Shown here: piece after piece, positions 53,433 to 62,122 of the stretch
Position numbering within the stretch: the first letter of the stretch is position 1
Layout of the letters: each line of letters starts with the position of its first letter
Origin: Longimicrobiales bacterium
GTDB taxonomy: Bacteria > Gemmatimonadota > Gemmatimonadetes > Longimicrobiales > RSA9
Direction: 5' to 3'
Assembly: GCA_035512635.1 (NCBI GenBank)
Contig: DATKDR010000019.1
Span: forward strand, 65,903 to 129,902
Length of the DNA stretch: 64,000 nucleotides
Translations under genes and position numbers: made by a program
Notes under the pieces: generated by a model
Told to the model about the DNA's origin: nothing
Databases searched by the model: none
The model's input: only the letters and a program-made list of their open reading frames with translations

Positions 53433-54666
53433 GCCGGATCGACTCCACCGGCGCGAGCCGCGACGCCTGGCGCGCGGGGTAGATGGTCGCGGCGAACGCG
53501 ATCAGCACGCTGATGCCGACGATCACCAGCACGTCGACCGGATCCAGCGTCACGGGCAGGGTATCGATGAAGTAGACGTCCGGCTGGAGCTCCACGAGGC
53601 CGTAATGATCCTGCAGCCACACCACCAGGAAGCCGATCGGCGCGCCGATCAGCGTCCCGAGCAGGCCGATCGCGAGCCCCTGCATCATGAACACGCGCAG
53701 CACGACGCCGTCGGCCATGCCCATCGCCTTCAGGATGCCGATCTCCCGCGTCTTGTCCGTCACCACCATGATGAGCGTGCTCACGATGTTGAACGCAGCG
53801 ACGATCACGATCAGGAACAGGATGATTCCCATCGCGAACTTCTCAAGCTGGAGCGCCGAGAAGAGCGACCGGTTCAGCGTCATCCAGTCGCTCGTCCAGT
53901 AGGGGAAGCCGAGCTCACGCTGGAGCGCATCGCCGACCTCGGGGGCGCGCCACGGATCGCTCACGTTCACCGCGATCCCGCCGACCGTCTCCTCGTCCAG
54001 ATCCAGCAGGCTCTGCGCCGCGGACAGCTCCGCGTACATGTTCTGCGTGTCGTAGTCGTACATGCCGGTCGTGAACACGCCGCTCACCTCGAACGGCCGC
54101 ATCACCGGAACGAGATCCCCGAGCGCTCCCGTGCGCACCGTCTCGAGCCCGAGCAGCGTGATCACGTCGCCCGGATGCACCCCCAGCTTGTCCGCCAGAC
54201 GCGAGCCGAGCACCAGTCCGGGATTGCCACTCGTGGTCGGGCCGAGCGTGATCTCTCCGGCGCGGATCTGCGCCTCCACGTCGGTCATCGCTTCGCCGTC
54301 GCGCGTCGGATCGATGCCGTACAGCACGCCCGGCTGCGCGTACTCACCGACCACCGCCGCCACCTGCGTCATGATGAAAGGAGCCGCGTTCTCCACCCCT
54401 TCCACGGCGTTCACGCGCTCGAGCACGGTGCGCCAATCGTGCATGCGAAAGCCGCGCCCCTGCTCGAAGACGTAGACGTGCGGATTGCTGCCGAGGATCC
54501 GCTCGTGCAGATCGCGCTGCAGGCCGGTCATGACGGCGATGACGACGATGAGCGCGGCGACACCGACGGCGATGCCGCCGACGGAGATCCACGTGATCAG
54601 CGACAGGAAGCGGCCGCGCCGGCGGGCGGCGAGGTTGCGCCGCGCAATGTACCACGACAGGCGCAT
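53425..54666 (-). CDS. Lipoprotein-releasing system permease, LolC/LolE (FtsX/MacB-type) family
   Basis: 413 aa. MRLSWYIARRNLAARRRGRFLS...VGVAALIVVIAVMTG, a large periplasmic loop, and a C-terminal FtsX domain (REIGILKAMG...). 8-nt overlap with lolD. Confidence 0.85.
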   Translation of the reverse strand: MRLSWYIARRNLAARRRGRFLSLITWISVGGIAVGVAALIVVIAVMTGLQRDLHERILGSNPHVYVFEQGRGFRMHDWRTVLERVNAVEGVENAAPFIMTQVAAVVGEYAQPGVLYGIDPTRDGEAMTDVEAQIRAGEITLGPTTSGNPGLVLGSRLADKLGVHPGDVITLLGLETVRTGALGDLVPVMRPFEVSGVFTTGMYDYDTQNMYAELSAAQSLLDLDEETVGGIAVNVSDPWRAPEVGDALQRELGFPYWTSDWMTLNRSLFSALQLEKFAMGIILFLIVIVAAFNIVSTLIMVVTDKTREIGILKAMGMADGVVLRVFMMQGLAIGLLGTLIGAPIGFLVVWLQDHYGLVELQPDVYFIDTLPVTLDPVDVLVIVGISVLIAFAATIYPARQASRLAPVESIRHD

Positions 54667-54667
54667 G

Positions 54668-56239
54668 CTACTCGGGTCTCATCGTGGGAAAGAGCAGCAC
54701 GTCACGGATGGAAGCCTGGTCCGTGAGCAGCATGCACAGGCGATCCACGCCGATGCCGACGCCGCCGGTCGGCGGCATGCCGTACTCGAGTGCGCGCAGG
54801 TAGTCCTCGTCCACCCCCTGGGCCTCCGCGTCGCCGCGCTCACGCAGCCCCGCCTGCTCGTCCATGCGGCGCCGCTGGTCGAACGGGTCGTTCAGCTCGC
54901 TGAATGCGTTCGCCAGCTCGCGTCCCGCGACGAACAGCTCGAAGCGCTCGACCAGTCTGGGGTCGTCGCGCCTCGGCTTTGCCAGCGGCGACAGCTCGAT
55001 CGGATAATCGAGCACGAACGTCGGCTGCACGAGCGATGCCTCGACCGTCTCCTTGAACAGCTCGTCGATCAACTTCGGCCGGGTCGCATCGGCCTCGGCC
55101 ACTCCGCCCGCGCGCTCGAGCGCTCGCCGCAGCTCGGCCTCCGAAGCATCGATCGCGTTCACACCGGTCGCCGATCGCAGCGCCTCCATATAGGGCACGC
55201 GCGCGAACGGCCGGGCGAAGTCGATGCGCTCTCCCTGGTACTCGGTCTCGAGAGAGCCGTCCAGCGCCGCCGCCGCGACGTGACGCAGCAGCGCCTCCAC
55301 CAGCTCCATCATCTCCTCGTAGTCCGCGAAGGCCTGGTAGAACTCCAGCATCGTGAACTCGGGGTTGTGCGTGCGGTCGATGCCCTCGTTCCGGAAGTCC
55401 TTGCCGATCTCGTAGACCCGACCGAGACCGCCCACGATCAGTCGCTTCAGGTACAGCTCGTCGGCGATGCGGAGATAGAGCGGGATGTCGAGCGCGTTGT
55501 GGTGGGTCTGGAAGGGCCGCGCGGTCGCGCCGCCGTACACCGGCTGGAGCACGGGCGTCTCGACCTCCAGGAAGCCGCGCGCGTCCAGGAACTCGCGCAG
55601 CGCACGCACGATGGCCGCGCGGCGCACGAAGGTCTCGCGGATATCCGGATTGACCGCCAGATCGACGTAGCGCTGGCGGTAGCGCTGCTCGACGTCCGCG
55701 AAGCCGCTGTGGACCCGACGCTCACCGGTGGCCACGTCGACCTCCTCCTTGCCGAGCGGCAGCGGACGCAGCGACTTGGCGAGCAGCTCGAAGCGCTCGA
55801 CACGCACGGTGATCTCGCCCGCGCGTGTGCGGAACAGGCGTCCGCGCGCGCCGATCCAGTCACTCAGATCGAGCAGATCGAGGAGCCCGAAGGCATCCTC
55901 GCCCAGCGCGTCCTTCCGGAAGTAGAGCTGGATCCGGCCGGCGCGATCGCTCAGGTCGCCAAACGCCGACTTGCCATGGGAGCGCCAGGCCACGAGCCGC
56001 CCCGCCAGATCCACCTCGGGGCCCGCTCCATCCGCGGCGAGCGTGCCGTCGCCCTCGGCCGCTTCGAACAGCGCGCGCGCCGCGGCCGTGTCGTGGCTCG
56101 CCGCATAACGGTACGCGTAGGGTGGAACGCCCCGGCGGATCAGCTCCGCGAGCTTCTCGTGTCGGGAGGCAAGGACGTGGTCGCGCCGCTCGTCCGCCTG
56201 CTCCGTCGTCTCGCCGGTGCCGTCCACGCTAGCCCGCAC
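54668..56239 (-). CDS. lysS: Lysine--tRNA ligase (class II)
   Basis: 523 aa. OB-fold region GRLVAWRSHGKSAFGDL, class II motifs FLEVETPVLQ, FRNEGIDRTHNPEFTMLEFY and GVGIGVDRL. The start is ambiguous: GTG at 56239 or GTG at 56227. The conserved prfB-lysS order is present. Confidence 0.9.
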   Translation of the reverse strand: MRASVDGTGETTEQADERRDHVLASRHEKLAELIRRGVPPYAYRYAASHDTAAARALFEAAEGDGTLAADGAGPEVDLAGRLVAWRSHGKSAFGDLSDRAGRIQLYFRKDALGEDAFGLLDLLDLSDWIGARGRLFRTRAGEITVRVERFELLAKSLRPLPLGKEEVDVATGERRVHSGFADVEQRYRQRYVDLAVNPDIRETFVRRAAIVRALREFLDARGFLEVETPVLQPVYGGATARPFQTHHNALDIPLYLRIADELYLKRLIVGGLGRVYEIGKDFRNEGIDRTHNPEFTMLEFYQAFADYEEMMELVEALLRHVAAAALDGSLETEYQGERIDFARPFARVPYMEALRSATGVNAIDASEAELRRALERAGGVAEADATRPKLIDELFKETVEASLVQPTFVLDYPIELSPLAKPRRDDPRLVERFELFVAGRELANAFSELNDPFDQRRRMDEQAGLRERGDAEAQGVDEDYLRALEYGMPPTGGVGIGVDRLCMLLTDQASIRDVLLFPTMRPE

Positions 56240-57336
56240 GCCCGCCGAATTCCTTCAGATATGCCTCGATGAAGGGATCCAGGTCACCGTTCATCACCGC
56301 CTGTACGTCGCTGATCTTCAGATCCGTGCGGTGGTCGTTGACCATGGTGTACGGCTGGAACACATACGATCGGATCTGGTTCCCCCAGGCGATGTCGGTC
56401 TTCGTCGACTCCACCTTGTCGCGCTCCTCCTGGCGCTTCTGCTCCTCGCGCTCGTACAGGGCCGCCTTCAGCATCTTCATCGCGGTCGCCTTGTTCTTGT
56501 GCTGACTGCGCTCCTGCTGGCAGGCCACGGCGATCCCCGTCGGCACGTGCGTGATGCGCACCGCAGAGCTGGTCTTGTTGACGTGCTGACCGCCCGCACC
56601 GGACGCCCGGAACGTGTCGATCCTCAGGTCGTTCTCGTCGATGTCGATCTCGATGTCGTCCTCGATGTCCGGATAGACGAACACGCTCGCGAACGACGTG
56701 TGGCGCCGCGCCTGGGAATCGAAGGGCGAGATGCGAACCAGGCGATGTACCCCCTTCTCCGCCTTCAGGTAGCCGTACGCGTACTGGCCTTTCACCTCGA
56801 GCGTCGCGCTCTTGATGCCGGCCTCCTCGCCGGGCAGCAGATCCAGCACGGCCACCGCGAAGCCGTGCGACTCCGCCCACCGGCTGTACATGCGCATGAG
56901 CATCTCGGCCCAGTCCTGCGACTCGGTGCCGCCGGCACCCGGATGGATCGTGAGCAGCGCGTCGCGCTCGTCGTCCTTGCCGCGCAGCATGTTGCGCAGC
57001 TCTAGCCGCTCGATCGCCTGCTCCAGCCCCGAGAGCTCCCGCGACCATTCCGCCTCGAGCGCTGCGTCGGACTCCTCCTCGAGCAGCGCGCCGAATTCCT
57101 CGAGCTCGCGCAGCTTCGCTTCGATCGCGCGGTAGGGATCCAGCCAGCCGTGCAGCGCCTTTACTTCCTGGATGACCGCCTGTGCCGCGTCGCTGTTGTC
57201 CCAGAAGGTCGGGACACCCATGCGCTCCTCCAGCGACGTCAGTCGATTCGTGAGCTCCGCGGCGTCAAAGGTAACCTCCGAGCGCCCGTACACGCTCTCG
57301 CTGCTCTTCCAGCCTGCCCGCCAGATCCGTCGCCAT
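56229..57336 (-). CDS. prfB: Peptide chain release factor 2, expressed via programmed +1 frameshift
   Basis: Frame 0 runs from the ATG at 57334-57336: MATDLAGRLEEQRERVRALGGYL, then an in-frame TGA at 57265-57267. The site reads GGAGGT-TAC-CTT-TGA-C. The +1 frame continues from GAC at 57264-57266 (D, then AAELTNRLTSLEER...) and carries SPF (RISPFDS) and GGQ (SGAGGQHVN). The total is about 368 aa. Confidence 0.9.
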
Positions 57337-57367
57337 GAAATTCAACGTGGACAATGGGTTACGATAT

Positions 57368-57393
57368 GGGAAAGGCCGCTCGGATGAGCGGCC
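57368..57393 (-). terminator. Intrinsic terminator after the zinc-ribbon gene
   Basis: Minus strand reads GGCCGCTC-atcc-GAGCGGCC followed by TTTCCCATAT. It ends about 32 nt upstream of the prfB ATG. Confidence 0.6.
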
Positions 57394-57470
57394 CGTGGCG
57401 CCACCAGCATCGTGTTGAAAACTAGAACCAGCCAACCGCCCGAGCAACGGGGGCGAGTGCCTCGTTCGAC

Positions 57471-58037
57471 TCAGAATACCGACTGCCCCTTGGCCAGGAT
57501 CGCGTTCAGTGCGTCGCGGAAATGCGGCGTCTTCTTGGCGACGTCCGGCCCCACCTGGGCGACGTACTCCTCCCAGCTCTTCAGAATCTCCTCGCGGAAG
57601 TCGCTCTTCAGCGTGCCCGCGGCAAGGCTCTGGTCCCGCCGCTCGCCGTTGTAGACGACCATGTCCGACACCAGCGCGCGGGCGATGCGCGTGGCCCTCA
57701 GGTCGGGATCCTGCTCGCCGAACACCGGCCTGGCCCGCGCATCATCGGCGGGCCGGGCCGCGCCGGCCGCAGGCGGAGGGACTGCCGGCGCGGGCGGGGG
57801 GATGGCTGGCCCGGGCGCCGACGCACGTGGCGCAGCGGGTGGTGCTGCCGGCGCCGCGGGCGCCGCCGCCGGGGCGGAGGTCGGACGCGCCGCCGGTGCT
57901 TCCGCGGCGGGGACGCCGTCGCGGCGCAGCGTGAACACCGCCTGGCAGCGAGAGCATCGCGTGCTCACGCCGTCCGCTGGAACGCGCTCCGGATCGACGC
58001 GATAAAGATTCTGGCAGGCCGGGCAGCGAACTTTCAT
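57471..58037 (-). CDS. MJ0042-type zinc-ribbon protein with Pro/Ala-rich linker and conserved C-terminal helical domain
   Basis: 188 aa. MKVRCPACQNLYRVDPERVP...STRCSRCQAVFTL, then about 70 aa of P/A low complexity, then RIARALVSDMVVYNGERRD...SWEEYVAQV. Confidence 0.7.
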   Translation of the reverse strand: MKVRCPACQNLYRVDPERVPADGVSTRCSRCQAVFTLRRDGVPAAEAPAARPTSAPAAAPAAPAAPPAAPRASAPGPAIPPPAPAVPPPAAGAARPADDARARPVFGEQDPDLRATRIARALVSDMVVYNGERRDQSLAAGTLKSDFREEILKSWEEYVAQVGPDVAKKTPHFRDALNAILAKGQSVF

Positions 58038-59068
58038 TGCTCGCCCAGTTGGACGATGCCGATGCGGCGGTCGTCGCCCTCGTGCGCCACGACCTCGGGC
58101 TCGTCGCGGCGGCGATCGATGGCATAGACGGACCCGGGAAGCGTCTTCGCGTAGGTCTTCATTTCCGTCGCGAGCTCGCTCACGCGCGCGTAATGCGTGA
58201 GTCGACGGTGCTCGTTGGTGACGACACCGATCGAGAGCGTCATGAGGGGGATGCGGTAGATGTTGCCCCGCCGGTCCTTGCCCAGGAAGTGGCCTGCCTT
58301 GCGGTCGGCCTCAGAGTACTGGTAGGGCACGAGGTCGTCAAAGATCTCGATGATCTCTTCGCAGCAGCGCGGCATGTCATCGAGGGGCAGCGTGAAGATG
58401 AAGTCGTCCCCGCCGATGTGCCCGATGAAGCCGGAGGTCGAGAGCTCGCGGACGATGTCGCGCAGGATGCGCGATAGCAGCTGGATCACGCCGTCACCGC
58501 GATCGTAGCCGTACCGGTCGTTGAACTCCTTGAAGTGGTCCAGATCCGCGTAGCACACGGCGAACACGGTTCCGCCCTGGATCCGGTCGGTGATATCGCG
58601 CTCGATCTGCGCCGTGCCCGGCAGGCGCGTCGTCGGATTGACGCTCACGTCGCGGTCCGCGCGCTGGAGCGTCACCTGGAGCCGGAGCGTCTGCTCCGTG
58701 CTGTCCATGGCGTTGGTGATCACCTCGTCCGCGCCGGCCGCGAGCGCCTGGTGCACCTGATCGGTGCTCGCCCCCCGATACAGGAAGACGATGGGCACGA
58801 CCGCCGTGAACGGATCACGCTTGAGCATGCGGCACAGCTCGACACTCGACCTGTCGCGGTCCAGCGGCTGCGTCACGATGCAGGACGGGAATCCCCGATG
58901 CACGTGCGCCACCACCCCGTCGTGAGTGGATTCCTCGATCAGGCGAAGCCCCTGCGCTTCGGTGAATGCGACGATCTCGGCCGGGGCGGGCCCCCCGTGA
59001 GGGGAGTGATAGATCAGTGCTGTTCGGAAGCCCATCTCATCGGGTGAGAAGCCTCGTGAGGCAGCCAC
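58034..59068 (-). CDS. Pseudo-receiver / GGDEF-domain protein (GGDDF motif), putative diguanylate cyclase
   Basis: 344 aa, with a GTG at 59068 or an ATG at 59035. The N-terminus is REC-like but lacks the acidic pocket. The GGDEF domain reads YADLDHFKEFNDRYGYDRGDGVI...GHIGGDDFIF. ATGA overlap with the zinc-ribbon gene. Confidence 0.75.
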   Translation of the reverse strand: MAASRGFSPDEMGFRTALIYHSPHGGPAPAEIVAFTEAQGLRLIEESTHDGVVAHVHRGFPSCIVTQPLDRDRSSVELCRMLKRDPFTAVVPIVFLYRGASTDQVHQALAAGADEVITNAMDSTEQTLRLQVTLQRADRDVSVNPTTRLPGTAQIERDITDRIQGGTVFAVCYADLDHFKEFNDRYGYDRGDGVIQLLSRILRDIVRELSTSGFIGHIGGDDFIFTLPLDDMPRCCEEIIEIFDDLVPYQYSEADRKAGHFLGKDRRGNIYRIPLMTLSIGVVTNEHRRLTHYARVSELATEMKTYAKTLPGSVYAIDRRRDEPEVVAHEGDDRRIGIVQLGEQ

Positions 59069-59109
59069 GGGGAATTGGACGCGAACTTACGCGCCCGCGG
59101 CGACCGGTG

Positions 59110-61263
59110 TCAAACCCTTTTTCGGCCACGGTTTCCGCGTCCTCGCTCCCGGGCCGCCGCGCCCTGTTCGGCGAGCAGGGCGAGGTCGATCTGATTGCGT
59201 GCCCGATCGACTGCCGCGACCCGCACGCGCACGCGATCGCCCGTCCGGAAGCGGCGTCCGGAGTTTTCCCCCTGGAGCGCGTACTGCTCGTCGAGGAAAA
59301 CGTAGTAATCGTCCTCCAGCGTGTTCACGTGCACCAGCCCCTCCACGAAGAACGCGTCCAGCAGCACGAAGAAGCCGAAGGACGTGACGCCGCTGATCAT
59401 GCCCTCGAACTCCTCGCCCAGGTGTCGCTCCATGAATTCGACCTTCTTGAGCGCGATGCTCTCGCGTTCGGCGCTGGTGGCGACGCGCTCGCGCTCGCTC
59501 GAGCGGCGCGATGTCGCGCTGAGCTCCTCGCCCAGCTCCGCTTCGAGCCGCTCGCCGTCGATGAACGCTCGTCCCAACAGGCGGTGCACGACGAGATCGG
59601 GATAGCGGCGGATCGGCGACGTGAAGTGCGTGTAGTTCCGGCTGGCCAGTCCGAAGTGGCCGGGGTTATCGGAGCTGTAGCGCGCCTGTTTCATGGAACG
59701 GAGCACCACGGTCGAAACGAGACCTTCCTCCGGCTTCCCCTGCACCTGCTCGATCAGCGCCTGGAACGCCTTCGGCTCGCGGCTGGGGCGGAAGCGCAGG
59801 CCGAAGCTGCGCACGAACTCGCCCAGCTGCTCGACCCGGTCCTGATCCGGCGCCTCGTGGATCCGGTAGATGAACGGCAGCTTCCCGCGCGAGGCGCGCT
59901 GCGCGACGGTCTCGTTGGCGAGGATCATGAAATCCTCGATCATGCGATGCGCCTCGAGCCGCAGTACGCGCTGGATGTCCGTCGGCTCGCCCTGCGAGTT
60001 GAGCACGACGCGCGCCTCCGGCAGGTCGAAGTCGATGCTGCCACGCTCCCGCCGTTGCGCCCGGACGCCGCGGCTGAGCTGCACGAGCGCCGCGAGCGCG
60101 GCGTCCAGCTCGGCGCCGCCCGACACTCTGCCGTCCATGATCTCCTGCGCGGCCTCGTAGGAAAGCCGGTGGCGGCTGCGGATCGCGCTCCGGATCAGGC
60201 GGCTCGAGCGCACCTCCGCCGTGGGCGTCATGCGCACCATCAGTGACATCGCCAGCCGATCGACGTCCGGCTTCAGTGAGCAGAGGTCGCCCGACAGCTC
60301 GTGCGGCAGCATCGGCACCACGCGGTCGACCAGATAGACGCTCGTGCCCCTGCCGAACGCCTCCACGTCGATGAGGCTGCCGGTCTCCACGTAGTGCGAC
60401 ACGTCCGCGATGTGAATCCCGACTTCCCAGTCCGCGCCCACTCGCTGGACCGAGAGCGCGTCGTCGTGATCCTTCGCATCGGCGGGATCGATCGTGAAAA
60501 CGAGCAGGTCGCGCAGGTCCTCGCGGCCGCGCAGGTCCTCGGCGCGGATGCCACGCTCGTTGATCGCGACCGCCGCCTGCTGCACCTCGGGCGGGAACGA
60601 CGACGGCAGCTCGTGATCGTGCAGGATCGCGAGCACGTCCACGCCCGGCCGGTCCCGCGGCCCGAGCACCTCGACCACCCGGCCGGCCGGACCGAGCCGG
60701 TCGTCGCCCCAGCTCTCGATCTCCACCACCACGAGCTCGCCATCCTGTGCCCCCGCGCCCGCATCCGGCGGAATGAACACGTCCCGGTTCAGCTTCTGAT
60801 CGTCGGGCTCGACGAAGCCGAAATTCTTCGACGTGCGGTACTGCCCCACCATGCGCTTGCGCGACCGCTCGAGCACCTTGATGACGCTGCCCTGCGGTCG
60901 TTCGCCGCGTCGTCGCCGCTCGATGCGGGCGACGACCCGATCGCCATCGACCGCCGAGCCCAGCGCATGCGCGGGAATGAACAGATCCTCGTCGCCCTCG
61001 TCCGGCGTGACGAAGCCGGCACCGCTGCGGATCGTCTGAAGGCGGCCGACCACCAGGTTGATCTTCTGCGGCGCGGCATAGCGCTGCTGCTTGACCCTGT
61101 AGATCGCGCCCTCGTCCTCGAGGCGGCGCAGCACCTCCTTGAACTCCGCGTAATCGACGTTCGAGATGTCGAGGTCGCGCGCGAGCTCCTTCGCCTTCAG
61201 CGGACGCCCGGCGCGTTTCCGCAGGTGCTCCACGATGGCCTGCGGCTCGATCGGCATGGTCAT
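59110..61263 (-). CDS. rnr: Ribonuclease R
   Basis: Track ORF 59110..61380 trimmed to the ATG at 61261-61263. Winged-helix N-terminus, cold-shock domains (GFGFVEPDD), the RNB domain (TIDPADAKDHDDALSV...YLVDRVVPMLP...HFGLAS..YTHFTSPIRRYPDL), an S1 domain and a basic tail. Confidence 0.9.
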   Translation of the reverse strand: MTMPIEPQAIVEHLRKRAGRPLKAKELARDLDISNVDYAEFKEVLRRLEDEGAIYRVKQQRYAAPQKINLVVGRLQTIRSGAGFVTPDEGDEDLFIPAHALGSAVDGDRVVARIERRRRGERPQGSVIKVLERSRKRMVGQYRTSKNFGFVEPDDQKLNRDVFIPPDAGAGAQDGELVVVEIESWGDDRLGPAGRVVEVLGPRDRPGVDVLAILHDHELPSSFPPEVQQAAVAINERGIRAEDLRGREDLRDLLVFTIDPADAKDHDDALSVQRVGADWEVGIHIADVSHYVETGSLIDVEAFGRGTSVYLVDRVVPMLPHELSGDLCSLKPDVDRLAMSLMVRMTPTAEVRSSRLIRSAIRSRHRLSYEAAQEIMDGRVSGGAELDAALAALVQLSRGVRAQRRERGSIDFDLPEARVVLNSQGEPTDIQRVLRLEAHRMIEDFMILANETVAQRASRGKLPFIYRIHEAPDQDRVEQLGEFVRSFGLRFRPSREPKAFQALIEQVQGKPEEGLVSTVVLRSMKQARYSSDNPGHFGLASRNYTHFTSPIRRYPDLVVHRLLGRAFIDGERLEAELGEELSATSRRSSERERVATSAERESIALKKVEFMERHLGEEFEGMISGVTSFGFFVLLDAFFVEGLVHVNTLEDDYYVFLDEQYALQGENSGRRFRTGDRVRVRVAAVDRARNQIDLALLAEQGAAARERGRGNRGRKRV

Positions 61264-62114
61264 GGTACGGGGACCTCGATTACCAGGAAGGATGCGGGCC
61301 CGGACGCTCCGTTCCGCGTCTCGTTGCGCAAGCGCAGCGGCGGCTCGCGGCCGTTGGCGCGCAGGCGAGCCGTGATCCACGCGTCGATCGCGCTGACCAC
61401 GTGGTTCACCAGAACCACTCCGAGCAGCGTCGTGCTCGCGCGCGCAGCTTCGTCACTGCGTCGGATCAGCGTGCGGAAATGCTCCTGCTCCAGGCGGTTC
61501 GAGCCCCAGGACCAGGCATAACCCGGTTCGATGGCGTTGCGCTCGTAATAGTCGAGGGCCGCGGCCTGCTCCTGGTCCGAGGGTGGCAGACTGTCGGCCC
61601 CGGCCGGAAAGAAGATCGCGCGCGCGAGCGCCCAGACGGAGCCGTTGAACGTGGCTCCGTCCTCTTCCGGTTGCAGCCCCGGCGCCCCCGGATCCGCGTC
61701 GAACGAGCCGCTTTCCAGAAAGTTGCTCATCGCCTCGTAGTACTCGAACTCCCGGTCTGCCCGATCGCCGACGCTGATGCGCCGCGCCACCGACCACGCC
61801 AGATCGCGATACTCCGTACCGAGCTCATTCGCTTCCGTCCGAGTATCCACCCAGTTGATCCAGGCCCATGCCTCGACACCGATGTACGCCACCCAGCGTC
61901 CCGCGCCGAGCCGGTACTGGCCGGCGCCGGGGACGACGGCGGACGCAAGGAAGGCTCCCGCCACGGACGGATCGCTCTGTTCGACCGAATGAAGGGGCGG
62001 GCGCTGGAGGCGGCGTTCGAAGCTGTCGACGCGCTGAGCGTCGAGGGAACCGGCGTGGAGGAGCGGGAGCGCGGCCCACAGGAGGACGGCAGGCCACCGC
62101 TGGACCGAGCTCAC
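61260..62114 (-). CDS. Secreted/envelope protein of unknown function
   Basis: Track ORF 61260..63005 trimmed to the GTG at 62112-62114. Signal-like VSSVQRWPAVLLWAALPLLHAGSLDAQ, then a Trp/Tyr-rich body (VPGAGQYRLGAGRWVAYIGVEAWAWINWV...). Its stop overlaps the rnr ATG. Confidence 0.5.
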   Translation of the reverse strand: MSSVQRWPAVLLWAALPLLHAGSLDAQRVDSFERRLQRPPLHSVEQSDPSVAGAFLASAVVPGAGQYRLGAGRWVAYIGVEAWAWINWVDTRTEANELGTEYRDLAWSVARRISVGDRADREFEYYEAMSNFLESGSFDADPGAPGLQPEEDGATFNGSVWALARAIFFPAGADSLPPSDQEQAAALDYYERNAIEPGYAWSWGSNRLEQEHFRTLIRRSDEAARASTTLLGVVLVNHVVSAIDAWITARLRANGREPPLRLRNETRNGASGPASFLVIEVPVP

Positions 62115-62122
62115 GGACCTCG

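Noticed and set aside
57368-57393. Hairpin read as a prfB attenuator or riboswitch.
   Set aside because: It is only a simple 8-bp stem plus T-run with no alternative pairing that I could see. The simplest reading is that it terminates the upstream GGDEF/zinc-ribbon unit.
57690-57900. GC-rich, repetitive-looking DNA (gccgccgg/gcgggcg strings) on the plus strand.
   Set aside because: It is the Pro/Ala-rich low-complexity linker of the zinc-ribbon protein (APAAAPAAPAAPPAAP...) read in its coding frame. It is not an independent DNA repeat element.
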